This document shows, one piece after another, positions 17,951-26,320 of a DNA stretch of 43,339 nt. How positions within the stretch are numbered: the stretch's first letter is position 1; the number at the start of each line of letters is the position of its first letter. The notes beneath the pieces were generated by a model. That model did not search any database and was not told the origin of the DNA. It worked only from the letters and a program-made list of their open reading frames with translations. A program made the position numbers and the translations under genes. The stretch is from an uncultured bacterium (GTDB taxonomy: Bacteria; Patescibacteriota; Minisyncoccia; Phycocordibacterales; UBA9973): contig CAIVNB010000026.1 of the NCBI GenBank assembly GCA_903907175.1, forward strand, positions 1 through 43,339. The letters are read 5' to 3'.

Positions 17951-18223
17951 ATGCGTTTGAATGAATTAGCGAAGTTAATGAGAACAGCTGGAGACGAAAG
18001 TAGGCTTAAAATCCTGTGTGTCATTTTTAATGAAAAAAAGATATGTGTTTCTGATATAGCTGAAGAATTAAATATGAGTGTAGCCATTATCTCTCACCAT
18101 CTTCAAGTAATGGTTAAGGAAGGATTGGTGATTGCTAGCCGTGAGGGCAAAAGAATCTGTTATGAATTACCTAAAGGTCCGTTTGTAAAAGATTTAAAGA
18201 AATTTATTTGTAAGTATAAATAG
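17951..18223 (+). CDS. ArsR/SmtB family transcriptional regulator
   Basis: SRLKIL, CVSDIA, ISHHLQ, REGKRICY. Confidence 0.9.
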   Translation: MRLNELAKLMRTAGDESRLKILCVIFNEKKICVSDIAEELNMSVAIISHHLQVMVKEGLVIASREGKRICYELPKGPFVKDLKKFICKYK

Positions 18224-18252
18224 AGTTATATTATTAGTTTATTTTTAAAATT

Positions 18253-18600
18253 ATGTTAAATACAAATTTAAAACATATTGAGGATGTTGTTGAATATAAT
18301 AAGGTACTTAAAGAAAATGAGAATGTAATGCTTGTGTGTGGTCGTATGGGCCCTATGTGTATTCCTGTTTATGGAATAGCCGAAGAACTTGAAAATGATT
18401 ATAAAAATGTAAAATTCTGTGATTTTGAGTTTGATACACAAGAAGCAGATGTAATCCGTAAACTGCCAGAAGTAAGAGGATTTATGGGTATTCCATTTAC
18501 TATTTATTACAAGAATGGAAAAGTCGTAAAAGCTACTTCAAGTATTCAAACGAAAGAACAAGTAAAAACTATATTAGATAAAGAATTTGGAGTTAAGTAA
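18253..18600 (+). CDS. Thioredoxin-fold protein with atypical CGRMGPMC motif
   Basis: Trx topology with cis-Pro GIPFTIYYKNGK; upstream of trxB. Confidence 0.75.
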   Translation: MLNTNLKHIEDVVEYNKVLKENENVMLVCGRMGPMCIPVYGIAEELENDYKNVKFCDFEFDTQEADVIRKLPEVRGFMGIPFTIYYKNGKVVKATSSIQTKEQVKTILDKEFGVK

Positions 18601-18609
18601 TATAAATCT

Positions 18610-19554
18610 ATGAGTACAGACAACCATTATGATTCTATAATTATAGGTGCAGGTCCTGCTGGTCTAACGGCGGGCATTTATCTTGCAAGAGCAAGAGTAA
18701 AAACTTTAATTATAAATGAAGGAATAGTGGGAGGACAAATAATTTTGACTCATGAAATTGCAAATTATCCAGGAGTAGAAAATATAAGTGGATATCAACT
18801 TGCAATGATTATGAAAAAACAGGCTGAAAATTTTGGCTGTACCATAATTAATGGAAAGTCTGTAAAAAGTCTTGAACTAGAAAATGAAGTAAAAAATGTA
18901 ACTCTATCTGACGGTAGTATTTTTACAACAAATAGTATAATTCTTTCTCCAGGAGGAAGATCCCGTACTCTTGGTATATCAGGTGAAGATATTTTTAAAG
19001 GAAAGGGTGTTTCTTATTGTGCTACATGTGATGGTGATTTCTTTACTGATAAAGAGATAGTTGTTGTTGGAGGTGGAAACTCAGCTTTAGAAGAAGCAGT
19101 TTCTCTTACTAAATATGCTAAGAAAGTTACTATTGTCCATCAACTTGATCATTTCCAGGCATCTCAATATGCCATAGAAGAAGCTAAGAAAAATTCAAAA
19201 GTTAATTTCATTATGAAGTCCTCGTTGTCTTCTTTTAAGGGAAATGAAAGTATCGAAAGTGTAGATATTAAAAATTTAGAAACAAACGAAATAACTAATT
19301 TTAAAACTGATGGAGTTTTTGTTTTCATCGGATACTCTCCAAATACAGAGTTCTTAAAAGATAAAGTTGAATTAAATCGACGAGGAGAGATTGTAGTAAA
19401 AGAAGATATGTCGACCAATATTGAGGGTGTTTACGCTGCGGGTGATAGCATCACAAAACTTTATCGACAAATCACCACAACAGTTGCTGATGGCACGATA
19501 TCTGCATTGTCAGTTTCAAATTATTTAGAAAAAAGTCGTATTAATAAAAATTAA
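18610..19554 (+). CDS. trxB: Thioredoxin reductase
   Basis: IIGAGPAGLTA, SYCATCDG, VGGGNSALEEA, GVYAAGD. Confidence 0.93.
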   Translation: MSTDNHYDSIIIGAGPAGLTAGIYLARARVKTLIINEGIVGGQIILTHEIANYPGVENISGYQLAMIMKKQAENFGCTIINGKSVKSLELENEVKNVTLSDGSIFTTNSIILSPGGRSRTLGISGEDIFKGKGVSYCATCDGDFFTDKEIVVVGGGNSALEEAVSLTKYAKKVTIVHQLDHFQASQYAIEEAKKNSKVNFIMKSSLSSFKGNESIESVDIKNLETNEITNFKTDGVFVFIGYSPNTEFLKDKVELNRRGEIVVKEDMSTNIEGVYAAGDSITKLYRQITTTVADGTISALSVSNYLEKSRINKN

Positions 19555-19567
19555 TTATTATAAATAT

Positions 19568-19807
19568 ATGAAAAATCATAAAGTTATAGTTTATTCAACC
19601 AGTACTTGTCCTTATTGTGTCTATGCAAAAGATTATTTGAAAAAGAAAGGTGTTTCTTTTGAAGATAAAAATGTTGGATTAGATAGATCAGCAGGGATGG
19701 AGATGGTTCAAAAAAGTGGGCAGATGGGTGTGCCCGTTATAGATATTGATGGTGAAATAATAGTTGGATTTCAGCCAGAGGTATTTGATGAATTATTAAG
19801 TAAATAA
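19568..19807 (+). CDS. Glutaredoxin-like protein (NrdH/YruB type)
   Basis: CPYC, SGQMGVPVI. Confidence 0.9.
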   Translation: MKNHKVIVYSTSTCPYCVYAKDYLKKKGVSFEDKNVGLDRSAGMEMVQKSGQMGVPVIDIDGEIIVGFQPEVFDELLSK

Positions 19808-19812
19808 ATAAT

Positions 19813-20715
19813 ATGAAAATTACAAAAAATGAAGGTGTTATAGATAGATTAATTAGAATACCAGTAGCAACAGTATTCTTTTTATTGGCATTCTTTTGGT
19901 TATCAGGTGTCTTACAAATTATATTTTATATTCTTGCGGTAGTGATGCTATTTACTGTCATAACTGGGTTTTGTGCTTTGTATAAAATACTTAAGATAAA
20001 TACAAATAAAAATCCCGAAAAGAAAGTGTCAAAAATGACATTGAGCGTTTTTACTATTTTGTCTGTTATCATTTTAGTTCTAGGTAGTTATGCTAGTAAT
20101 TTTCTCACTAAGAAGTTTTTTCTAGAGGACTACAATAATATGAACCAGTATTATAAACAAACTTTGTTTTATACTGGGCAGAACAAAAGACCTGAAGCGT
20201 TAGATAATTACAACAAACTTGTAAGTGAATATGGAGTATTTTTAAATAAATATATAAAATATCATCCTTATGTTGTTTCTCACGACAAGCAATTTAATGC
20301 TGATTTAATAAAAGTTTCAGATATCATTACCAGCCTAAAAGATAAAGTAAACACAGGTGATCTAAAATCTGCTCATACAGATTTTGAACAAGTAAGACCA
20401 ATATTTCAAGATTTATTAAAAAGAAATGGTTTTTCAATGTTAGCTATTTCTCTTGTTGATTTTCATGATGCTATGGAAAAAATTATCTCTGCATCTGATG
20501 CAAAAGATGGTCCCCAAGTGATTACAGTATATGAAGAAGTAGACAGTAAGTTAAAGGCAGTGGAAGAAGCCGCAAATGATACTGAAATTCAAGCTATAAG
20601 ACAAAAATTAGATGAAACATTAACCTTAGCAAAAGAAGGCAAAGTGGATTTACTATCTGCAAAAGCAGCAGAGCTTAAAAGTGCTTTTGTGAAGGTTTAT
20701 CTCAAAAGAGGGTAA
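19813..20715 (+). CDS. DUF2892 (YgaP-like) membrane domain fused to an extracytoplasmic helical domain
   Basis: NEGVIDRLIR...TGFCALY; third TM followed by helical region. Confidence 0.7.
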   Translation: MKITKNEGVIDRLIRIPVATVFFLLAFFWLSGVLQIIFYILAVVMLFTVITGFCALYKILKINTNKNPEKKVSKMTLSVFTILSVIILVLGSYASNFLTKKFFLEDYNNMNQYYKQTLFYTGQNKRPEALDNYNKLVSEYGVFLNKYIKYHPYVVSHDKQFNADLIKVSDIITSLKDKVNTGDLKSAHTDFEQVRPIFQDLLKRNGFSMLAISLVDFHDAMEKIISASDAKDGPQVITVYEEVDSKLKAVEEAANDTEIQAIRQKLDETLTLAKEGKVDLLSAKAAELKSAFVKVYLKRG

Positions 20716-20761
20716 TTATTCTTTCAAAATAGTTATTCGAACATCACCCCACGTCTGGAGC
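20716..20761 (-). other. att junction J2 with tail remnant
   Basis: GAGC 20758-61; minus frame L-QTWGDVRITILKE*. Confidence 0.7.
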
Positions 20762-20938
20762 AATTTAAAAAACTACAAGAGATTGTGGTTTTTAAATTGC
20801 TCGGGAGAGAAAGCCAACTGCTTGGCTTTTGTGTAGGGATCGAAAAGCTTTTCTGTATTTTTGAAAATTTCTGATTTTTAAAAATTAGAAAAGGTATACT
20901 GCTCCTGTAAGGAGAGATCACCCTACCTCCCGAGCCAG
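20758..20938. mobile_element. ~175-bp structured tRNA-linked mini-element (antisense + sense tRNA-Asn 3' end)
   Basis: GCTCGGGAG 20799-807 and GTAGGGATCGAA 20833-44 are the reverse complement of tRNA 6593-6613, split by a 25-nt hairpin; ends in an 18-bp direct copy of the tRNA end. Confidence 0.7.
20921..20938 (+). repeat. 18-bp direct repeat of tRNA-Asn 3' end (J3)
   Basis: CCCTACCTCCCGAGCCAG identical to 6599-6616. Confidence 0.95.
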
Positions 20939-20939
20939 A

Positions 20940-20968
20940 TTGACAAATCTAGATAAATATGCTACTAT
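20940..20968 (+). promoter_or_regulatory. Sigma70 promoter
   Basis: TTGACA 20940-45, 17-nt spacer, TGn-TACTAT 20963-68. Confidence 0.65.
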
Positions 20969-21089
20969 TTAGGGGTATAGTAGGTTCTTTGATGTTTGGA
21001 TTAGGTTGGCACTAGTTGAATTATTTTTGTATCTAATATTTTGGGTTCAAAAATAGTTCAATTTAGTATTAACTTTAACTCCCCAAAAA

Positions 21090-21518
21090 ATGAAAAAAGC
21101 GTCATTAATTTCTTTTCAGCAAAGAAACCCGAATGGTTTACTTCAAATCGGTGAATCGATTTCTTACGCGGAGTACGCAACAAATTGTTATTTTTCTGGC
21201 CTGGTTACACTCGGCAGACATAATAATGGACATGAAATATACAGGTCAAAAAGCGTAAAACACGAGGATAAAGATTTCTATCAGTATCCTGAAAGTTCAA
21301 AAAATTCACTGAATACATTGTTTACCGTTCAGGTTGAATCAACAGGTGATCTGCTTGTTGTGTTCGTTGCAGATATTTCTACAGATGGACATGTTCAGGC
21401 AACTTTAATTTTAACCGACGCAGCCTGGCAACAAATATTAGCTTCAAACCAGAAGGTAATGCGAGTAGAACAATTCTACTTACATGTTCTTGAGAAGCAA
21501 TTATATGTGCCTGCTTAA
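21090..21518 (+). CDS. Hypothetical protein
   Basis: 142-aa ORF with own promoter and terminator. Confidence 0.65.
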   Translation: MKKASLISFQQRNPNGLLQIGESISYAEYATNCYFSGLVTLGRHNNGHEIYRSKSVKHEDKDFYQYPESSKNSLNTLFTVQVESTGDLLVVFVADISTDGHVQATLILTDAAWQQILASNQKVMRVEQFYLHVLEKQLYVPA

Positions 21519-21526
21519 GGTTATTG

Positions 21527-21567
21527 AACCCACCCAAAAAGCCCATTGCTTTTTTGGTGGGTTTTTT
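21527..21567 (+). terminator. Intrinsic terminator
   Basis: AACCCACCCAAAAAGC...GCTTTTTTGGTGGGTT followed by T run. Confidence 0.8.
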
Positions 21568-21582
21568 ATTATATAAAACTGT

Positions 21583-21660
21583 TTCAAACATCATCCCAAG
21601 TTCGGAGCTCTTGATTTTTTTATTAATTATGTTATTGTACGAATAGTAACAGTTTTTTGA
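21583..21660 (+). repeat. 78-bp direct repeat, copy 1 (att junction J4, GAGC 21605-08)
   Basis: Matches 23516-23593 with one mismatch. Confidence 0.95.
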
Positions 21661-21743
21661 AAATGTGATAAATATTGTTTGGTCTATTAAGTTTCTTTAT
21701 AGAGATTTAGTTGACCAAATAATATTCACTAAAACCCCAAAAA

Positions 21744-22247
21744 ATGAAACTTTACGAGAATTTTGAAAAAGGTACACCAGAGTATGTTTTTTATCATGGA
21801 CTTTACCAAATTGAAATAGGTAAAAAACCATCTGCTCTTCTTTCTAAGTATTACTGTATCAGTGAAAATCCAATAGAAGTTTTTGATTTGGCTAAATCGC
21901 TGGTAAAAGATTGCTCCACTGAAGAAAAAAAGGATTCTATTTCGGGAAGACCATTTCTTCGTACTGAAATTGACTGGGAGAAAAAGTACCAGCAACATCT
22001 AGCTGGGCCTAATTCTGATATACCATTTGACCCTGTATCAGGTATTTATGAATGCAAATGTTCCCTCTGCTTTTACAGAGATGCTCCTAAGGAATTTAAC
22101 CCAAAGAAGGATTGCCAGATTGGGAAAAAAGGCGATCTAGCTAAAATTTTTTTTGGTATTGATTCTAATGAATTTCTTCCTGAAGTTATTGATGGGAAAG
22201 AAGTTGCACATTATTGCCCTTACTGGTTAACGTTTTTGGCTGAGTAG
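21744..22247 (+). CDS. Hypothetical protein with Cys cluster
   Basis: 167 aa; CKCSLC...C...HYCP, possible metal site. Confidence 0.65.
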   Translation: MKLYENFEKGTPEYVFYHGLYQIEIGKKPSALLSKYYCISENPIEVFDLAKSLVKDCSTEEKKDSISGRPFLRTEIDWEKKYQQHLAGPNSDIPFDPVSGIYECKCSLCFYRDAPKEFNPKKDCQIGKKGDLAKIFFGIDSNEFLPEVIDGKEVAHYCPYWLTFLAE

Positions 22248-22286
22248 CAAAAATTATACAAATCCACAAAAAGGAAGGAGAAAATT

Positions 22287-23447
22287 ATGCAAGGCGTTGA
22301 AATTTCCCATCTGAATGCCGCTATTAAAGCCGTTTTGATGGCATATTATGATTTAATGCATACAACTGTTGAAGATGCTCTTCGGCCAGTAGATGCATAT
22401 GGTAAAAAAGATACTCTTGGAATGGACGCAGGTCCAGAAATTACTATTTGTGAACAATTGAACAGATATGATTCTGGGGCTGTTGTTATCACGGAAGAAG
22501 CTGGGTTGAAGGGAATTAATTTTAATGATACATTTCGTCCTAGCGAACCGGAAACATTTAGAACAGTTTTTATTAGCGATCCGACTGACCGTTCTAACCA
22601 ATTAAAGGAATTTCTCGCTCAGTTTCCAAAAGAAATGAAAATTGGTGATATTTTTGGGAAACCAGACAATATCACTAAGTGGGAAGAAAAATTCAGTAAT
22701 CCAGCTTCTATAACCGGGGCATCCTCAGCAATTAGTTGTGTGAGACGTGGTGTCCCGATTTTTGCGGTAATTGTAAATTATATTACGCAAGAATTATTGG
22801 TATCATGTGCGGCCGGTAACAAAATTCTTAAATTACCAGACGAACGTCCAGATTTGATTGACCTCGATTATGTTCGCAAGAATGGTGAAGTCCTTTTGTT
22901 CCCAAATATCGATGGACAAATAACTAGCATGCAGCGTTTTGTAACATTCCTTGGAGATATTGGGAAGATCGGCTATCGTGAAAATTTCATTGACAGTGGC
23001 TTTATGAATGAAGAACAAATGAAAAAATTTCTTCATTACGGGAAACCCGGTGGCCCCTCAAGGGCACTTTATCTTTCTTCGATTCAGCCGAGAACGATAC
23101 CGATTGGATTTATTCTTGCAAATGGAGAAAAAATCAGTGAATGGATCCACTGGTTGTCATTTGTGAGATTTGCCCACAGTCTAAATGATGACAGCCAACC
23201 AGCCTTGATCCTTTATGAAGTTTTCCAGGATCGTCCATGGACAAAAGAAGGAGTATTAATGTCAACACCACCGAACTATAGTGTATTTAGGGAATACAAT
23301 GGGAAAATGTACATTGACACATCTTGGTTACTTAAAATGCCAAATCCTAGCAAACTCCGTTCTACTATTATTATTGCCCCATACGATAATCGTTGGGCAG
23401 TAAGAGCAAGCAGTCAGTTTGGCTATCGGCCAATTAAATTTAATTAA
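22287..23447 (+). CDS. Divergent inositol monophosphatase/FBPase (FIG) superfamily protein
   Basis: D..D..E, ITEE, ISDPTDRS (variant of DPxDG[T/S]); AAGGAG RBS. Confidence 0.6.
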   Translation: MQGVEISHLNAAIKAVLMAYYDLMHTTVEDALRPVDAYGKKDTLGMDAGPEITICEQLNRYDSGAVVITEEAGLKGINFNDTFRPSEPETFRTVFISDPTDRSNQLKEFLAQFPKEMKIGDIFGKPDNITKWEEKFSNPASITGASSAISCVRRGVPIFAVIVNYITQELLVSCAAGNKILKLPDERPDLIDLDYVRKNGEVLLFPNIDGQITSMQRFVTFLGDIGKIGYRENFIDSGFMNEEQMKKFLHYGKPGGPSRALYLSSIQPRTIPIGFILANGEKISEWIHWLSFVRFAHSLNDDSQPALILYEVFQDRPWTKEGVLMSTPPNYSVFREYNGKMYIDTSWLLKMPNPSKLRSTIIIAPYDNRWAVRASSQFGYRPIKFN

Positions 23448-23458
23448 TGCATAAGTAT

Positions 23459-23497
23459 AACCCTTTTGAAATTTAGCAATATTTCAGAAGGGTTTTT
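23459..23497 (+). terminator. Intrinsic terminator
   Basis: AACCCTTTTGAAAT...ATTTCAGAAGGGTT followed by T run. Confidence 0.75.
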
Positions 23498-23515
23498 ATT
23501 TTTCCAAAATACTCA

Positions 23516-23593
23516 TTCGAACATCATCCCAAGTTCGGAGCTCTTGATTTTTTTATTAATTATGTTATTGTACGAATAGTAACAGTTTTTTGA
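23516..23593 (+). repeat. 78-bp direct repeat, copy 2 (att junction J5, GAGC 23538-41)
   Basis: Minus frame L-RTWDDVRMSILEK*, homologous to the J2 tail. Confidence 0.95.
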
Positions 23594-23685
23594 CATTTGG
23601 TTTTATTGGTTTTCGTAGAAGGTAAATTTTGTCTTTTACGAAGACCAATTAAAACTTTTATAAAAACAATTTAAAATTCTGGAAA

Positions 23686-24099
23686 ATGAAAGATTTTTTC
23701 AACAAACAGGTACTCATAACTCTGTTTTTTGCAGTACTTGCTTATGCCGTGATTATTTCTCTTGCAGTGGGAATCGTTTTTCTTTGCAAGGATGTCTTTC
23801 TTCCTTATTTCGGAAAAGAACCCTTACCAAAAATTCTTTTTTTGTTAGGAATCATTTTTCTGAATGTGATAGTTTTCGCTGCGATGTGTATTATTCACAG
23901 CCGTTTAACAATCATTTCTTTCATAATTTTTTCTGTATTTATTTCTGCTTGTTTGCTTGTTGCAGGAATATCATCCTTCTTTGGGTTTCATATTAACAGC
24001 GTGGAAGTAATTTTTTCTTGGACGTCCTTCCTTTATGGGTTTCTGATGTTGATATGGAATTTCATACTTTTTGTTACACGATGTTCATCAGATAATTAA
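23686..24099 (+). CDS. Hypothetical four-TM membrane protein
   Basis: Almost entirely hydrophobic, 137 aa. Confidence 0.65.
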   Translation: MKDFFNKQVLITLFFAVLAYAVIISLAVGIVFLCKDVFLPYFGKEPLPKILFLLGIIFLNVIVFAAMCIIHSRLTIISFIIFSVFISACLLVAGISSFFGFHINSVEVIFSWTSFLYGFLMLIWNFILFVTRCSSDN

Positions 24100-24127
24100 A
24101 TTTCTAATCCGTTAAAAAGATAAAAAA

Positions 24128-24331
24128 ATGGAAACAAAGATCGGTGAATTAATCGGTTTAATTTTAAAAATCGACATTAATGCCTATCCTACTCAAATTT
24201 CAAGTCAAAAACAGATGGCTCTCTCAAGGGCAATGGACTTGAAATTGGATATTCTGAATTTGGTTAAACCCAAAAAATCTGAAGAACCGGAAATGCCCAA
24301 TATACCTGTTCCGGAAAGCCAGATAGCATGA
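24128..24331 (+). CDS. Small hypothetical protein
   Basis: 67-aa ORF followed by terminator. Confidence 0.5.
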   Translation: METKIGELIGLILKIDINAYPTQISSQKQMALSRAMDLKLDILNLVKPKKSEEPEMPNIPVPESQIA

Positions 24332-24351
24332 CTTGGTTTGCAAAACTTTTT

Positions 24352-24384
24352 AAAGCCGCATGATTTATATTATGTGGCTTTTTT
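24352..24384 (+). terminator. Intrinsic terminator
   Basis: AAAGCCGCATGA...TTATGTGGCTTT followed by T run. Confidence 0.7.
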
Positions 24385-24455
24385 ATTTCTTAATTAAGGT
24401 TTCCACTTCGTACATTCGCCCTGTTCAGCATCTTTAGCTTCAGACGGGGAGCCAG
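24383..24455 (-). other. Degenerate att junction J6
   Basis: ACGGGGAGCCAG; minus frame WLP-[27-nt insert]-RMYEVETLIKK*. Confidence 0.5.
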
Positions 24456-24506
24456 AGATTTCGATTATTTTTTATAATGATTGTTTTTTTGTTGTATAAT
24501 AGAACA

Positions 24507-24953
24507 ATGAAACATATTAGCTTAAAAGGTTCTTGGGTTATTAAAGCTCCCATTGATCAAGTTTTTAAAATTATTAGTGATTTTGAAAATATGCCAAAAA
24601 ATTTCCCAACTGTTGCAGAGTCATTAGTTATTACCAAGAAAGATGGCAATAAATTAGAAATTGATGCAAAGGCAAAGTCTTTTGGCACAGTGTTTCCAGT
24701 TAAAATGAAAACAGAGATTATTCCGAAGGTAGGATATATATCTGATAACGAGAATATAAAATTGGGCATATCTGGGCATGAAGAATTTTTAATGGAAGAA
24801 ATAGAAGAAGGAACGAGGATTAATTATGTTTATGAGGTTGATATTCACAATAAATGGCTAAGGATGATAGCGGGGCCACTTTTAGGTTCGTATTCAATGA
24901 AGTTTTGGAAAAAAGCTTTTATCGATAGATTAAAAGATATTGTAGAAAAATAA
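24507..24953 (+). CDS. SRPBCC/START-like family protein
   Basis: IKAPIDQVFKIISDFENMP, EEGTRINY; start moved to ATG 24507. Confidence 0.8.
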   Translation: MKHISLKGSWVIKAPIDQVFKIISDFENMPKNFPTVAESLVITKKDGNKLEIDAKAKSFGTVFPVKMKTEIIPKVGYISDNENIKLGISGHEEFLMEEIEEGTRINYVYEVDIHNKWLRMIAGPLLGSYSMKFWKKAFIDRLKDIVEK

Positions 24954-24959
24954 AGATTT

Positions 24960-25037
24960 TTATTTAATATTTCTTAAAAAAGTTTTCACCGCGTCCTCTC
25001 AGTCATGGCTTACGAGCGAGGCCAAACGGGGAGCCAG
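24960..25037 (-). other. Degenerate att junction J7
   Basis: Second ACGGGGAGCCAG; minus WLP-[~26-nt hairpin]-xEDAVKTFLRNIK*. Confidence 0.5.
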
Positions 25038-25078
25038 GTTTGTAATCATATATGATTTAAGTGTGATATCATTAATAA

Positions 25079-26320
25079 ATGAAGAAAATATTTGTTTTTA
25101 GTATTTTTTTAATATTAATAAGTTTTAGTATTTCTACTACAAAAGTTGCAAATGCCGTTTTGGCACCTTCGGTAATTTATACATATAAGTCATCATTGCA
25201 AGATATTTCTTGTACTGGTAATAATTGTGTTGCTGTTGGGAATAATGTGATATTACAATCAGTTAACAAGGGAGTAACATGGAAAATTGTATTATCAAAA
25301 AAAATATCATCTCCAAATGATGGTTCAAATTTAATGGATGTTGATTGTATATCAACCACTTGTGTTGCAGTAGGAGGAGGGGCAACTATAGTAAAAAGTT
25401 CTGATGGTGGTAAAAATTGGAAAATTATTGATAATTTTTTGGTCGCATTAAATGCAAATTCTTTTACTAGTTCCATCTCTGGAGTTAGTTGTATTGATAA
25501 AAATATATGTTATGCCATCGGTAAAAATTTTCATAACGGAGGTGACCTTACGAAATTCAGCAGTGCATTTGGGACAGTTATATTAAAAACAACAGATGGT
25601 GGATTGACTTGGAATGCTAATAAAATTGAAAAAGCAGTATTTAATTATCCCTTGCCAAGTCTTTTGCCGACTCTTGATTCTAGTAGGTTTGAATTAAAAT
25701 ATACGATTAATGATGAATTTCCACTTCACTTTATTAAAAAAATATTATGTAAAAATGAAATGGAATGTTTTGGCATAGGTGCACAAAGATCAATATTTCA
25801 TACCACTGATGGTTGGAAAACTGCTACACTACAACAATTTAAAATCGATGATCCTGTAAAAGTTTTAACCAATGGAGCCAATGATTTTAACAGTTCTGCA
25901 TATGTAGTAGATGGAAATATCGTGAATACTCCACAAAAAGTGGCTCGCTATGATTTTTCAGGTATTAGTTTTACCGGAGACGGAGGAGTAATAGTTGAAG
26001 ATATGGGTGATGGTACTCATTATATTTTTAAATCAACAGATAATGGCAATACTTGGAACAGTATAAATACTCCACTAACTTCATCTGCTAGAAATAGTGG
26101 AGGAAGAATTTCTTGTGTTGGTTCTACTTGCGTTATCGTTGCCCAAAATTTATCTGCAAAAAAAGTAGATATTCTCACAAGTTTGGATAATGGTAATATT
26201 TGGAAAGCAACGGCATTTAAAAAAGTAACTTCTATAGAAGGAACATCTTGTATAGATTCAAATAATTGTTTTGCTGTTGGAGATACAATTCCCAAAGGAG
26301 TAGTCATAAAAGTTAAATAA
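25079..26320 (+). CDS. Secreted BNR/Asp-box repeat beta-propeller (Ycf48-like) protein
   Basis: Signal peptide; SSDGGKNW, TTDGGLTW, STDNGNTW, SLDNGNIW repeats; paired Cys. Confidence 0.8.
   Translation: MKKIFVFSIFLILISFSISTTKVANAVLAPSVIYTYKSSLQDISCTGNNCVAVGNNVILQSVNKGVTWKIVLSKKISSPNDGSNLMDVDCISTTCVAVGGGATIVKSSDGGKNWKIIDNFLVALNANSFTSSISGVSCIDKNICYAIGKNFHNGGDLTKFSSAFGTVILKTTDGGLTWNANKIEKAVFNYPLPSLLPTLDSSRFELKYTINDEFPLHFIKKILCKNEMECFGIGAQRSIFHTTDGWKTATLQQFKIDDPVKVLTNGANDFNSSAYVVDGNIVNTPQKVARYDFSGISFTGDGGVIVEDMGDGTHYIFKSTDNGNTWNSINTPLTSSARNSGGRISCVGSTCVIVAQNLSAKKVDILTSLDNGNIWKATAFKKVTSIEGTSCIDSNNCFAVGDTIPKGVVIKVK

Noticed and set aside
20733..20921. 62-aa minus-strand ORF
   Set aside because: Overlies the hairpin-rich mini-element, has no recognisable protein features and is in a different frame from the tail remnant.
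6599..20938. A single 14.3-kb island bounded by the 18-bp tRNA direct repeat
   Set aside because: This is the conventional call and is not excluded. It is disfavoured because it does not explain the in-frame tails at J1 and J2, and the 18-bp copy is part of the structured mini-element.
21583..25037. CRISPR array or classical integron attC array
   Set aside because: Repeats are kb apart with genes between; no cas genes, no tyrosine integron integrase and no clear RYYYAAC/GTTRRRY attC boxes.
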